Positions 54,435 to 64,000 of a DNA stretch of 64,000 bases are shown piece after piece. The position numbers and the translations under genes were made by a program. Each line of letters starts with the position of its first letter. The first letter of the stretch is position 1. The stretch covers positions 3,695-67,694 of the forward strand of contig JAOAIU010000024.1 in the NCBI GenBank assembly GCA_026414545.1. Reading direction: 5' to 3'. The stretch comes from Candidatus Saccharicenans sp. Its GTDB lineage: Bacteria > Acidobacteriota > Aminicenantia > Aminicenantales > Saccharicenantaceae. The notes under the pieces are model-generated. The model did not search any database and had not been told where the DNA came from. It was given only the letters and a program-made list of their open reading frames with translations.

Positions 54435-55622
54435 ATGCCCGAGAAAAGGTATGACTTTGACTCTGTACTGGACAGGCGCAATACCTGTTCTCTGAAGTGG
54501 GAATTCTGCGAACAGGTGCTGGGCGTGGCGGAGGTAATCCCCATGTGGGTGGCCGACATGGATTTCCCGGCCCCGCCCGAAGTGGTGGAAGCGGTCACCA
54601 GGCGGGCTCAACACGGGGCCTACGGCTATCCCTTTATCCCACGCTCTTTCTGGTCGGCCATAATCAACTGGATGAAAGTCCGCCATAACTGGGAAATAAA
54701 GCGGGAATGGCTGTCCAGGTGTCATGGCGTAGTCCCCGCCCTTAACATCTGCGTCCAGACCTATACTGCGCCGGGAGACAAGATAATCGTCCAGAGCCCG
54801 GTTTATTACCCCTTTTTCTCCGCCGTGGAAAACAACGGTCGCCGGGTGGCAAGCAACCCGCTCCTTTTTGAAAACGGGACCTGGCGGATGAATTTTGAAG
54901 ACCTTAAGAAAAAAATAGATCGGCGGACCAGGTTGCTCATTCTTTGCTCGCCGCACAACCCCGTCGGCCGGGTCTGGAGGAAAGAAGAGCTGGAGACCCT
55001 GGCCGACATCTGCCTGAAGCACGACCTGTTGATCATCTCTGACGAAATCCACGCCGAACATGTCTACCGCGGTCACCGACACATTCCCCTCGCCTCCATT
55101 TCCCCTGAAATCGCCTCCAAGACCATCACCCTGACCGCACCCAGCAAAGCTTTCAACATCGCCGGGCTGACCACTTCGGTGGTCATCATACCCAATCAGC
55201 GGCTCCTCAATCTTTACAAGACTCAGCTGGACAATCTGGGCCTTACAGTTAACAACATCTTCGGGCTGGTGGCCCTGGAAACAGCCTACACCCAGGGCGC
55301 CGCCTGGCTGGACCAATTGATGGCCTATCTCGAAGACAACATGGATTTCGCCCAAAATTATTTCAAAGAAAGAATCCCCCAGATTAAGTTCCTGAAACCC
55401 GAAGGAACCTATCTGGCCCTCCTGGACTGCCGGCCTCTCGGCCTGCCCCAGAAAGAACTAAACGAATTCTTCCTGAAAAAGGCCAGGGTTTATTTCGATG
55501 AAGGTCCAGTATTCGGGCCGGAGCTGGAAGGCTTCGAGCGGATGAACCTGGCCTGCCCCCGGGCCACCCTGGTCGAGGCTCTCCAGCGGATAGAGAAAGC
55601 CGTCAGAGAACTTGGCCATTAA
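54435..55622 (+). CDS. PLP-dependent C-S lyase / aminotransferase class I-II (PatB/MalY-like cystathionine beta-lyase)
   Basis: YDFDSVLDRRNTCSLKWE is the typical MalY/PatB N-terminus, SPHNPVGRVW is present, and SKAFNIAGL carries the PLP lysine. I take the start at ATG 54435; the track's 54312 extension is unlikely. Confidence 0.8.
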   Translation: MPEKRYDFDSVLDRRNTCSLKWEFCEQVLGVAEVIPMWVADMDFPAPPEVVEAVTRRAQHGAYGYPFIPRSFWSAIINWMKVRHNWEIKREWLSRCHGVVPALNICVQTYTAPGDKIIVQSPVYYPFFSAVENNGRRVASNPLLFENGTWRMNFEDLKKKIDRRTRLLILCSPHNPVGRVWRKEELETLADICLKHDLLIISDEIHAEHVYRGHRHIPLASISPEIASKTITLTAPSKAFNIAGLTTSVVIIPNQRLLNLYKTQLDNLGLTVNNIFGLVALETAYTQGAAWLDQLMAYLEDNMDFAQNYFKERIPQIKFLKPEGTYLALLDCRPLGLPQKELNEFFLKKARVYFDEGPVFGPELEGFERMNLACPRATLVEALQRIEKAVRELGH

Positions 55623-55892
55623 GGGTAGCAATAGACTCACTTGCCAATTTCCCTGGGCTGATCTTACACAGAAATGAGTTCGCCTTTACGGCAACCAGAA
55701 AGGGCAGGAACTGAGTCTTATGCTGCGTCCCTCGGGAGATCTTTTTTTCTTTTAAGAGCAGGCCCCGGTTGACAGCCAGCTCAAATTAGAATAATAAGTA
55801 TGATGATTATAACTCGGGGAGCAGACGCAGACCTTGAAGAGCATCGAGATTCAATGGCCGCTGGGAAAAATCCTGTCTGAACGGTAACCCGG

Positions 55893-57797
55893 ATGTACAT
55901 CTCTCTGATACTTAATGTTTCTCTCATTCTGGCCCTGATAACACTCTACAGCCTGATTCTCCGGGTAACCATCCTGGAAAAAAAAGCGGGAAAAATCCTG
56001 ACCGGCCTGGTCTTCGGCCTGACGGCCGTGGCTGCTATGAGCATTGCTTACAGATATGGTAGTGGACTCATCTACGACGGCCGCTCGATAATGATCTCGC
56101 TCTCCGGGCTTTATGGAGGATTATGGCCGGCCACTCTGGCCTCGTTGATATCAATGGCTTACCGGGCTCATCTCGGAGGCAATGGTATCTGGGCCGGGCT
56201 GGCAACCATAATCTTGAGCGCGCTTACCGGCCTGGCCTTCAGGTCTGTTTTCAAGTCTAAGATCAACAACCTCAGGCATTATGAGCTCTATGGATTCGGT
56301 CTGGCTGTCCACCTGGTGATGCTGGCCTGTCAGCTCCTGATTTTACCCTGGCCGAGCGGAATGACGGTTATCAGCCGAATCTGGCTGCCCATACTGCTTA
56401 TCTTCCCGCCGGCCACCGTCCTCACCGGACTGATGCTTCAAGAAGAGAACAGACGAATAAGGGCTGAGAGTAAACTGAGAGAGAGTGAGGAAAAATACCG
56501 GGTCCTGTTTGATAATGCCGGTCAGCTCATTCTGGTAGCCCAGGACGGGGTGCTAAAACTGGCCAACAAAAAAGCGCTGGAATATGGCTATGAAAGTGAA
56601 GAAATAATCGGCAAGCCTTTCCTGGATTTTATCCATCCTGACGACCGGAGGATGGTCTGGGAAAGACACCAGAAAAGATTGCAGGAGGAAACTTTCCGAC
56701 CGACCTATGAATTCAGGTTCATAGCCAGGGACGGTTCCGTCAGGTGGGTTGAGATTACCGCGGTCAAAATAGATTGGGAAGGCCGTCCGGCCACCCTGAA
56801 TTATGTCAGCGATGTGACCGGAAGAGTGATGGCCGAGCAGGAAAAGGAAGAGCTGCTCCGGGTGATCGAAAACAGCCAGAACGAAATTTATATTTTCGAG
56901 CCCGACACCCTGAAACTTTCTTATGCCAACAGGGCCGCCCTAGACAACACCGGTTACACTCTGGAAGAATTAACCTCCCTGACCCCGCTTGACCTGAAAC
57001 CGGAGTTTGACCGGGCAAAATTTTCGGCTCTGCTCAGGCCCTTGCTCGACGGCAGCCGAAAAAAACTGCTCTTTGAAACAATACATCTACGGAAAGACGG
57101 CTCCACCTACCCGGTAGAAGTTCATCTCCAGTTGGTGCAGGTGGCCCATAAGAAAAGCTTTCTGGCCATCATTCTCGATGTAACCGAAAGGAAGGCTGCG
57201 GCCAGGAACCTGGAAAAGACGCTGCAGGGAATCATCCGGGCCACGGCCAGGACGGTGGAAGTGCGGGATCCCTACACTGCCGGTCATCAGGAGAGGGTGG
57301 CCGAGCTGGCCGAAGCTATTGCCAGAGAAATGGGCCTGGATGATTCCAGGGTTCAGGCTATAAATTTCGCTTCGGTCATCCATGACCTGGGGAAAATCGC
57401 CGTTCCGCCAGAAATTCTGAACAAGCCGGGGCGCTTGTCGGACATAGAAATGGAATTGATCAAGACCCACTCCCAGGTTGGATACGATATACTCAAGGGC
57501 ATTGAATTTCCCTGGCCGGTGGCTGAAATAATCTTGCAGCACCACGAAAAAATCGATGGCTCCGGCTACCCGCGCGGGCTCAAGGATGGACAGATTCTTC
57601 TCGAAGCCAAGATAATCTGCGTGGCCGACGTGATAGAAGCCATTTCTTCCCACCGTCCCTACCGGGCAGCCCTGGGAATGGAAGTAGCCCTGGAAGAAAT
57701 CAGAGCCAATGCCGGAAAGCTATATGACCGGCAGGTGGTTGAGCATTGTCTGAACCTTATAGAAAAGAAAGGTTTCACCTTCAGCAAAACCACCTGA
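55893..57797 (+). CDS. Membrane sensor: 5TMR-LYT-like domain - PAS - PAS - HD-GYP (c-di-GMP phosphodiesterase family)
   Basis: The N-terminal helices include the YDGRSIMISLSGLYGG motif. Two PAS-like segments follow, then HDLGKIAVP and HHEKIDGSGYP (HD-GYP signature). A TTGACA-17-TAATAA promoter candidate lies at 55768-55796. Confidence 0.8.
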   Translation: MYISLILNVSLILALITLYSLILRVTILEKKAGKILTGLVFGLTAVAAMSIAYRYGSGLIYDGRSIMISLSGLYGGLWPATLASLISMAYRAHLGGNGIWAGLATIILSALTGLAFRSVFKSKINNLRHYELYGFGLAVHLVMLACQLLILPWPSGMTVISRIWLPILLIFPPATVLTGLMLQEENRRIRAESKLRESEEKYRVLFDNAGQLILVAQDGVLKLANKKALEYGYESEEIIGKPFLDFIHPDDRRMVWERHQKRLQEETFRPTYEFRFIARDGSVRWVEITAVKIDWEGRPATLNYVSDVTGRVMAEQEKEELLRVIENSQNEIYIFEPDTLKLSYANRAALDNTGYTLEELTSLTPLDLKPEFDRAKFSALLRPLLDGSRKKLLFETIHLRKDGSTYPVEVHLQLVQVAHKKSFLAIILDVTERKAAARNLEKTLQGIIRATARTVEVRDPYTAGHQERVAELAEAIAREMGLDDSRVQAINFASVIHDLGKIAVPPEILNKPGRLSDIEMELIKTHSQVGYDILKGIEFPWPVAEIILQHHEKIDGSGYPRGLKDGQILLEAKIICVADVIEAISSHRPYRAALGMEVALEEIRANAGKLYDRQVVEHCLNLIEKKGFTFSKTT

Positions 57798-58038
57798 GTC
57801 CGGAAGCACATCTCAATTTTTCCCGGAAAACAAGCTTCGTTTGCCCTGGTTACACTCTTAAGACCTTGAAGCTGTTTCTTTTTAAGCGGAACTTTTTGCC
57901 ATTCTAACTCACATTAGAATGAGCCAGGGCTGTAATTTTTTGATAAGAAGAGAAAAAAATATCCCCGTTTACAGAAGATGTTTGCCAGCCGGGTCATCGT
58001 CAATTCCTCCCGTTGACCATTTGGGATATAATTTCCGC

Positions 58039-58773
58039 ATGAAGCTTCCTTATGTCTTGCCCGGTGACCGCCTCCACAGGAACAGGTTCACCGTCGTCCT
58101 AGTCAACCCGGAAAATCAGGAAAATATCGGCCTGGTGGCCCGGGCCATGAAAAACACCGGGTTTTCCGGGCTGAGAATAACCGGGTTGACAGAACTTCAA
58201 CCGGAAGCTTTCCGGACCGCAGTCCATTCGGCCGATATCCTGAAAAAAGCTGGTCTGTATGCTTCCCTGGATGAGGCCGTTGCCGACCTGAACCTGGTCC
58301 TGGCTTCAACTGTTAGACAGAGAAAAGCCTTCAGGATACTGACCATTGATGAAATCCTGGAAAAAATAAAAGACTTTCCCGCCGAAACGAAAATCGGGCT
58401 GGTCTTCGGCAACGAAAGGACGGGCCTGTCCGACCGGGAACTGCGCCGGGCCAACTTTGTCTATTTTATTCCCCAGGCAGGCCGACAGCCGTCCTATAAC
58501 CTGGCCGCGGCCGTTCTGCTCAGCCTTTATGCCATATTCAGGGAATCAGGCTCACAGCCCATTCCACAGATAGCCCCGCCTCTGCCCCGTAAGGAACAAG
58601 AAGACTGCATAAAGCTGATTTTGAAAAAACTGGAAAAACGTGGTTTTCTGCACGACACCAACCGCGAGCATGTCACCGACCTGCTTTATGATCTGTTCGG
58701 CCGGCTGGCCCTGTCCGAGCGCGACCGTCACTTCCTGACCGCGGTCTTCAACAAGGGACTGGACCGGGAGTAA
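58039..58773 (+). CDS. SpoU/TrmH-family RNA 2'-O-methyltransferase (TrmJ-like)
   Basis: VVLVNPENQENIGLVARAMKNTGF, LVFGNERTGL and SYNLAAAVLL motifs are present. I take the start at ATG 58039; the track's 57919 extension is unlikely. Confidence 0.75.
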   Translation: MKLPYVLPGDRLHRNRFTVVLVNPENQENIGLVARAMKNTGFSGLRITGLTELQPEAFRTAVHSADILKKAGLYASLDEAVADLNLVLASTVRQRKAFRILTIDEILEKIKDFPAETKIGLVFGNERTGLSDRELRRANFVYFIPQAGRQPSYNLAAAVLLSLYAIFRESGSQPIPQIAPPLPRKEQEDCIKLILKKLEKRGFLHDTNREHVTDLLYDLFGRLALSERDRHFLTAVFNKGLDRE

Positions 58774-58995
58774 AAGAAATATTCAACCTAAAACTCGTTT
58801 TTAGCATGCTCCTGGCAAGCCAGCCGCCAACCAGAAATCTGTCCGAATTAATCTCGCCCTGGCCAACCGTTCCCCGGAACACATCCTGCAAAATCCTCGT
58901 TTAACGTCGAGACAAAAATGAAGTGAGACGGCGCAGGATTACCAGGACCCATTAAATGTTATATCATTGAGGTGATGGTTTAATCCGAGGGTCAG

Positions 58996-59397
58996 ATGGA
59001 TAGAGAAAAAAGATTCATCCTGGGACTGGTGATAATCGGGGTCATCAATCTATTTGTGGCTCTGATGACCATAGCCTTCTGGACTGGCCACCTGCTGGCC
59101 AACCGCTTTCCCAAGACTCTGCCCGTGCCCGATAATCTCTATAACGCTTTTGCCATACCCGACCTGGTCATGTCGGTCTTCCTGATAATCAGTTCGTTCG
59201 GACTGTTGCGTTTCAGGAAAACTGGCTATATCTTCGCCCTCCTGGGTGTGGGCATGTGGCTGTTCGATGTCCTGCTGGTCGCCGCCCTGACCGGCCTGTT
59301 CCGGATGGGAATCGTCATTCCCAGCCTGATTTACTGTCTCTGGGCCAGCTACTATCTCTGGAGAAAAAGAGAAATCTTCCAGCTCTTTGGAGATTAA
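58996..59397 (+). CDS. Hypothetical four-TM membrane protein
   Basis: 133 aa with four hydrophobic helices. I recognised no family. Confidence 0.4.
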   Translation: MDREKRFILGLVIIGVINLFVALMTIAFWTGHLLANRFPKTLPVPDNLYNAFAIPDLVMSVFLIISSFGLLRFRKTGYIFALLGVGMWLFDVLLVAALTGLFRMGIVIPSLIYCLWASYYLWRKREIFQLFGD

Positions 59398-59721
59398 AGC
59401 CTTTAGGTTTGCCCTCTTATCTGTTCTAAGAGCAATTGCTTCAAACCCTACCGCCTTCCTGGCCTGGTCCCTCCATAAAGGCCAGGCCCCTGCCGGCAAC
59501 TCGCAGCCAGATAATCAGGTAGCCCTTCTCGACTGATGTCCCTGCCGCCGGGCCGGCTTCCGTTCTGCCACCATCCGTCTTCAGGCGGTCAAATAGGCCG
59601 AGCATCATAACTGCATCTTAAAGAATTATCGTTTGCCTTCTGTCGCGAAGTTAAAGATAATTCTTATTCAGCCGGGCAGTTCAGGACAGCCGGTCGAAAT
59701 AAGAACAAGGTAAGTAATTTC

Positions 59722-61095
59722 ATGATTAAGGCCAGACTCAACACCTTTGATGTCACCATGATCGTGGTCAGCCTGGTCATCGGTATCGGCATCTTCCGCA
59801 CCCCGGCCATGGTGGCTTCGGCCACCAGGACTCCATTCCTGTTTTTTGCTGCCTGGATAGCCGGTGGACTCATCACCCTGATCGGAGCGCTGACCTTTGC
59901 CGAGATCGGGGCCCGCTTCCCCCAGCCCGGAGCCTATTACCAGGTGGTAGCCGAAAGCTATAATTCGCTGCTGGCTTTCTTGCTGAACTGGGCCAATGTC
60001 TTCATAATTAACACGGCCAGCGGGGCCGGCGTGGCCCTGATCGGAGCGGAATACCTGGCACCAATCATCCTGCCGGAAAAAGCCCGGACATCCCAGAACA
60101 TCCTGTTACTGGCCTTTTCCATGGTGATTGTTCTCCTGGTCCTGAATTACATCGGGATAAAATCTGGGGCTAGGACCCAGAACCTGCTCAGCCTGTCAAA
60201 AATCATGCTGATTGTTGTTCTGGCTGCAGCCGGGATTTTGAGCCAGCACAGCGGAGCTGATGTTCGGCAGGCTACGCTGCCGCTCGAAAATCCCTGGTGG
60301 CTGGCCCTAGGGCTGGGATTCATCTCTGTTTTCTTCAGTTATGGCGGTTACCAGCAGACCATCAATCTGGGAGCCGACCTGAAGGATTCCAGCCAGAACC
60401 TGCCCCGGGCGGTCATATCCGGGATGCTGATCGTTATTGCCTGCTACCTGGTCGTCAACCTGGCCTACTGGCGGGTGCTGGGACTGCCCGGAATGAGCTC
60501 AGCTAAGCTGGTGGCAGCTGAAACGGCCCGGGTGGTTTTTGGGCAAGCTGGTCATAAATTTGTTTCCCTGGCGATTTTCCTCTCAGCCCTGGGTTTCTTA
60601 AACGCCATCCTGATGCAGCTTCCCCGAACTTATCTGGCCATGGCCGAGGACCGCACCCTGCCGGGAATTTTCAAGAAAGTAAACCCCAGGACCCAGGTCC
60701 AGGAATTCGGACTGCTTTTCCTCGGGGCTTTTATGCTGCTCAGCCTGGCCTTTCTTCGAACTTTCGAAAATATCGTAAACTACGTGATGTTCCTGGACAG
60801 CCTGGGCATCGCCGTGGTGGCCTCAACTGTCTTTGTGTTGCGGGCTCGGGCCGGGAAAAACTCAGAGAATTACCGGGGCTTCCGCGTCCCGTTTTACCCT
60901 GTGCTGCCGGCCCTGTTCATATTCTTCCTGCTGAGCATAACGATTAACGTCCTTATATCCCAGCCGCGGCAGGCCCTGCTGGGCTCAGCTTTCCTGGTCC
61001 TGGGACTTCCCCTCTACCTGGTCATGCGCTACCTGGCCCGCCCAGTCTCCGGGCCCGGCGCCGGCGGAATTAAAGGCAGTGGACAGATTAGCTAA
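59722..61095 (+). CDS. APC-superfamily amino acid permease
   Basis: 457 aa with about 12 TM helices. The N-terminal VSLVIGIGIFRTPAMVA and FAEIGARFPQPGAYY are typical of APC transporters. Confidence 0.85.
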   Translation: MIKARLNTFDVTMIVVSLVIGIGIFRTPAMVASATRTPFLFFAAWIAGGLITLIGALTFAEIGARFPQPGAYYQVVAESYNSLLAFLLNWANVFIINTASGAGVALIGAEYLAPIILPEKARTSQNILLLAFSMVIVLLVLNYIGIKSGARTQNLLSLSKIMLIVVLAAAGILSQHSGADVRQATLPLENPWWLALGLGFISVFFSYGGYQQTINLGADLKDSSQNLPRAVISGMLIVIACYLVVNLAYWRVLGLPGMSSAKLVAAETARVVFGQAGHKFVSLAIFLSALGFLNAILMQLPRTYLAMAEDRTLPGIFKKVNPRTQVQEFGLLFLGAFMLLSLAFLRTFENIVNYVMFLDSLGIAVVASTVFVLRARAGKNSENYRGFRVPFYPVLPALFIFFLLSITINVLISQPRQALLGSAFLVLGLPLYLVMRYLARPVSGPGAGGIKGSGQIS

Positions 61096-61341
61096 CCATT
61101 GCCGCTAAGCTGCTCCCAAAAAATGATGAATCTAGGCCTTTTTCATACCTGCTCAAGGTAACGTTATCGGAAGAAATCCTTAATAAATCATTAAACTGGA
61201 GCCCGGGATGAATTTATCAATAATCCCCGGGAATCATATTTCCAGGGTGTCGGGTTGCTGGCCAAAAAGATGAAATCGGTCCTGGAAACCGCTGTTCTAT
61301 AAAACAATCCGTGATTAGATTTGTCTCCTCCGGGTGGCGGC

Positions 61342-61974
61342 TCATTCTTTTCCCCGGGGATTGCTGAGGTCGTCAGGATTCAGGCCCCAGATAGCATCCA
61401 GGATCAGCGGGGGGCGATATTCTTCCATGAAACGCAGGATCTCTGCCGGAGACTCGCTCATGGTAAACATCTTAAGATGCTCCGGCAACAGGAAACCCTC
61501 GCTCACCGCCCTGGCCATGAAGTCCCGCAACGGATCAAAATAGCCGGCAATATTCAGAAAAGCGCATGGCTTGCCATGATAGCCAAGCTGGGCCCAGGTC
61601 AGTACTTCAAAAATTTCTTCCAGCGTTCCCCAGCCGCCGGGAAGGGCGATAAAACCGTCAGCCAGCCCGACCACGGTGGCCTTGCGCTCGTGCATATCAT
61701 TGACCACGATCAGTTCGGAAAGGCCGGGGAAACCGAGGTTCCTTTCCAGAAGATTTCTCGGAATAACCCCGATAACCTGGCCGCCGGCAGCCAGCATTTC
61801 CTCGGCCACTTCCCTCATCAGGCCAATGCCCCCGCCTCCGAAAACCAGAGTCAGGTCCCGGGCCGCTAGCTCCCTGGTCAGTTCCCTGGCCCTTCGGGCA
61901 TAAATTTCATCCCGTCCAGGCTGCGACCCGCAAAACAGGGCTAACTTTTTCAAACTCATCTTCCTCCCGACCAT
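61342..61974 (-). CDS. LOG-family (TIGR00730-type) nucleotide 5'-monophosphate nucleosidase
   Basis: GGGGIGLMREVA and PGGWGTLEE motifs. The start is ambiguous: ATG at 61974 or 61959, or the track's TTG at 61983. Confidence 0.85.
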   Translation of the reverse strand: MVGRKMSLKKLALFCGSQPGRDEIYARRARELTRELAARDLTLVFGGGGIGLMREVAEEMLAAGGQVIGVIPRNLLERNLGFPGLSELIVVNDMHERKATVVGLADGFIALPGGWGTLEEIFEVLTWAQLGYHGKPCAFLNIAGYFDPLRDFMARAVSEGFLLPEHLKMFTMSESPAEILRFMEEYRPPLILDAIWGLNPDDLSNPRGKE

Positions 61975-61987
61975 GATTGCCAATCTT

Positions 61988-63070
61988 TCACAGATTAAAC
62001 GAAAAGGTTAAGCCGAAATAGGGTTCCCGGTATTTCTGACCGACGAATTCCCTGGTTCTCATAACAAAATACAACAGAAGGCCGGCCTGCCGCGACTGGT
62101 AGGCCAGCCCGGTCGATAGCTGGCCGTACAGGCGGTGGATATCAACCCCGTGACTCTCCTGGAAAGTATTACCCTGGAGGAGCAGGTTTCTGGCCACGGC
62201 CCGTCCTTCCAGCCTGACGAAAGCATAGACCGAAGTCCGAGTAGCCCGGCCGGCAAAAAAGTGATTGAAGAGCGGGGCCGCGGTAAATGTATCCATCTGC
62301 GGTTCCAGGTTGAAGCCGAGCTTCAGGTCAGCCACAACCGAAGAAGCTATCAATAAATTGCCGACCTGGGCCCCGGCTCCGGCCTTGACTACCGGCTGCA
62401 GACCATGAAAAGAAATCCTGGGCGGCACCAGGGTCCAGAGCCGGTTGAACCACAGCTCCACAACGGGCTCGTTCTTAAGCTGATTTTCCCAGCCCTCGGG
62501 GTAGGTCCAGCCATAGGTCCGGTGCAGCCAACGTTGAATTGTCCCGGCCAGGGATAGCGGCCCGACCACACCAACGGCCAGCCCGACCGAGTCCTGACGA
62601 AGCTGACCGAGCTTGACCAGCCCCAGGCTGACATAGAGAAGACCGGCATACGGACGGTCATCAGGTATCAATTCTTTTTCCGAGAGGTTATCTGGGGTGA
62701 ACATTCCCTGGACCAGGGACAGGCTGGCCCTCCTTTGAGTCAGCCGGAGTTGGCCCTTATCACCCGGTCCATTTTGGGCCCCACCAAGCAAACGCCGATT
62801 TAATCCAGCCAACCATTTCAGAAAGGAAGACTCGGAATTCTGGCTGAGCTCCGGGGTAATCCACATAAACTGGACACCATTGGTATAACCTTCGTCCTGC
62901 TTCAGCAAGACATCATTTTCCAGTGAAAACACAAAGCTGCCCCGGTCCCGGGCCGGTGGCCTGAATTGAGCCTGAAGCTCAAAGCTCAGGCCAAAGCTTA
63001 ATAAGAGCAGACAAGCTCCCGCTACCCGGGCTACAGCACACTTACTGGTCTTCCCCAAAAAAGGACACAT
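61988..63070 (-). CDS. Outer-membrane beta-barrel protein, LpxR (lipid A 3-O-deacylase)/DUF2219-like
   Basis: A signal peptide, then FSLENDVLLKQDEGYTNG, which resembles the ENDxF...D..YTxG start of LpxR-family proteins. The C-terminus ends in the aromatic-rich FGLTFSFNL. Confidence 0.55.
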   Translation of the reverse strand: MCPFLGKTSKCAVARVAGACLLLLSFGLSFELQAQFRPPARDRGSFVFSLENDVLLKQDEGYTNGVQFMWITPELSQNSESSFLKWLAGLNRRLLGGAQNGPGDKGQLRLTQRRASLSLVQGMFTPDNLSEKELIPDDRPYAGLLYVSLGLVKLGQLRQDSVGLAVGVVGPLSLAGTIQRWLHRTYGWTYPEGWENQLKNEPVVELWFNRLWTLVPPRISFHGLQPVVKAGAGAQVGNLLIASSVVADLKLGFNLEPQMDTFTAAPLFNHFFAGRATRTSVYAFVRLEGRAVARNLLLQGNTFQESHGVDIHRLYGQLSTGLAYQSRQAGLLLYFVMRTREFVGQKYREPYFGLTFSFNL

Positions 63071-63151
63071 CTAATTCTTATAATTCTTACTCAATCTTAA
63101 TTTCCAACCATCATAAAAGTCTTACTATTGATCCGAAAGCGGGGCCCGCCA

Positions 63152-64000
63152 TCAACTGGAAGCTGCTTTTTCCAGCCGCTTCATGATGCTGAACATGAAG
63201 GCAGCCGACAGCAGACAGGCCACCACCAGAATCGACCACAGGGCCCAGAGCGGGACCTTCATCCACAGGTAGCCCACCAGTCCCACCAGGTAATTGCCGG
63301 TAGCCGTGGCCGCAAACCAGCCGCCCTGCATCAGGCCCTTGTACTTGGGCGGGGCTACCCTGGAAACGAAGGAAATGCCCATCGGGCTCAGGAAGAGCTC
63401 GGCAATCGTCAGCAGGAAGTAGGTGCTGATCAACCAGTAGACCGAGACCAGGTACTCGGGCGGAGCCACCCTGCCTCCCAGTTCAGCCGGACTGGGCAGT
63501 CGGAGCGAGGCGATGACCAGGATGGAAAAGGAAGCTGCGGTCAGAAGCATGCCTATTCCTATTTTCCGTGGAGCTGAGGGTTCCCTTCCTATTTTATTCA
63601 AGTAAGAAAAAATTCCGATGACCAGCGGCGACAGGGCCACGATGAAGAAGGGGTTAAAGTGCTGGAAGCGCTGGGGCTGGAAGGGGCTGACCTCAGGGTA
63701 GGTGCTATAACGCAGGTAAGTCAGTCCGGCAAAGATTACAAAAGTTAATCCACCAGCTATCCGGCCGCCCTTTGACACCCCCTTCTTCAACAGGAAGACC
63801 AAACCCAGTACGGACAGGAACAGGGGCAGAAGTCCGCCCAGGTCAAACCAGAGGTTGGTTAGCCGGCCCACCTGCTTGACGGTGTAATCACGGGCAAAGA
63901 AGGTCATGGTTACGGCCGACTGATGGAAAGCCATCCAGAAGAAGATGACCACCAGAAAGACCAGGCCCAGAGCCACCAGTCGTTGCTTGGTCTGTTCCGG
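63152..64000 (-). CDS. POT/PTR2-family proton-dependent oligopeptide transporter (partial; N-terminus beyond right edge)
   Basis: FLSPMGISFVSRVAPPKYKGLMQGGWFAATATGNYL is typical of the C-terminal half of DtpT-like transporters. The reading frame stays open to the window end. Confidence 0.75.
   Translation of the reverse strand, partial: PEQTKQRLVALGLVFLVVIFFWMAFHQSAVTMTFFARDYTVKQVGRLTNLWFDLGGLLPLFLSVLGLVFLLKKGVSKGGRIAGGLTFVIFAGLTYLRYSTYPEVSPFQPQRFQHFNPFFIVALSPLVIGIFSYLNKIGREPSAPRKIGIGMLLTAASFSILVIASLRLPSPAELGGRVAPPEYLVSVYWLISTYFLLTIAELFLSPMGISFVSRVAPPKYKGLMQGGWFAATATGNYLVGLVGYLWMKVPLWALWSILVVACLLSAAFMFSIMKRLEKAASS

Noticed and set aside
57900-57921. An 8-bp inverted repeat CATTCTAA-CTCACA-TTAGAATG after the HD-GYP gene, considered as a terminator.
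   Set aside because: There is no T-run on either strand after the stem, and the stem is AT-rich and weak. It could be an operator for the downstream methyltransferase gene, but the evidence is thin.
1-64000. Search by eye for CRISPR arrays, tRNA/rRNA genes, IS elements, integrases, and direct repeats marking island boundaries.
   Set aside because: I found none. There are no regularly spaced repeats, no GTTCGAATC-type T-arm in intergenic regions, and no transposase or recombinase-like ORFs. The accessory-looking loci therefore have no detectable mobility signature within this window.

Overview
A 64-kb chromosomal segment from a moderately GC-rich bacterium. The gene content suggests an anaerobic, peptide/amino-acid-utilising organism, possibly an uncultivated lineage, but that taxonomic guess is weak. 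I found no rRNA, tRNA, CRISPR array, integrase or transposase. Genes, left to right:
- A type IV pilus/T2SS-like assembly operon on the minus strand (pilC, pilB, pilM/N/O/P-like, TPR-secretin start).
- A small accessory cluster (XRE-HTH fused to a histidine-less ImmA-like domain, a DUF6569-like protein, a class II glutamine amidotransferase).
- A PDZ/GAF/PAS histidine kinase with a sigma54-dependent NtrC-type regulator, and an M1 peptidase.
- A nitrogen block: speH, lrp, glnA and a URO-D-family gene, then a NuoE/NuoF/NuoG-N-like module followed by a stand-alone GltB-FMN-domain protein.
- A housekeeping run: M50 protease, trpS, scpAB, ispH, rpsA, IHF/HU, HIT, PpiD-like, OPT transporter, aminopeptidase.
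- A ~0.7-kb ORF-free gap ending in a textbook sigma54 promoter. It drives two paralogous secreted twin-CX6C mini-proteins, an NHL beta-propeller and a TlpA-like thioredoxin. An orphan protein with a HEPN-like motif follows.
- A Tat-signal protein, M14 peptidase, CN-hydrolase, exported SOR-like protein, a large (alpha/alpha)6-like exported protein and ferredoxin-fused EtfAB.
- patB, an HD-GYP sensor, a SpoU methyltransferase, an APC permease, LOG, LpxR-like and a partial POT transporter.

The strongest candidate for an undescribed system is the sigma54-driven twin-cysteine-peptide/NHL/thioredoxin operon (39083-41181). The secondary candidates are the NuoEFG-GltB-like module and a 14-nt operator-like motif shared by the XRE-gene and glnA promoters. 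All function calls come from reading motifs by eye; no database search was run.
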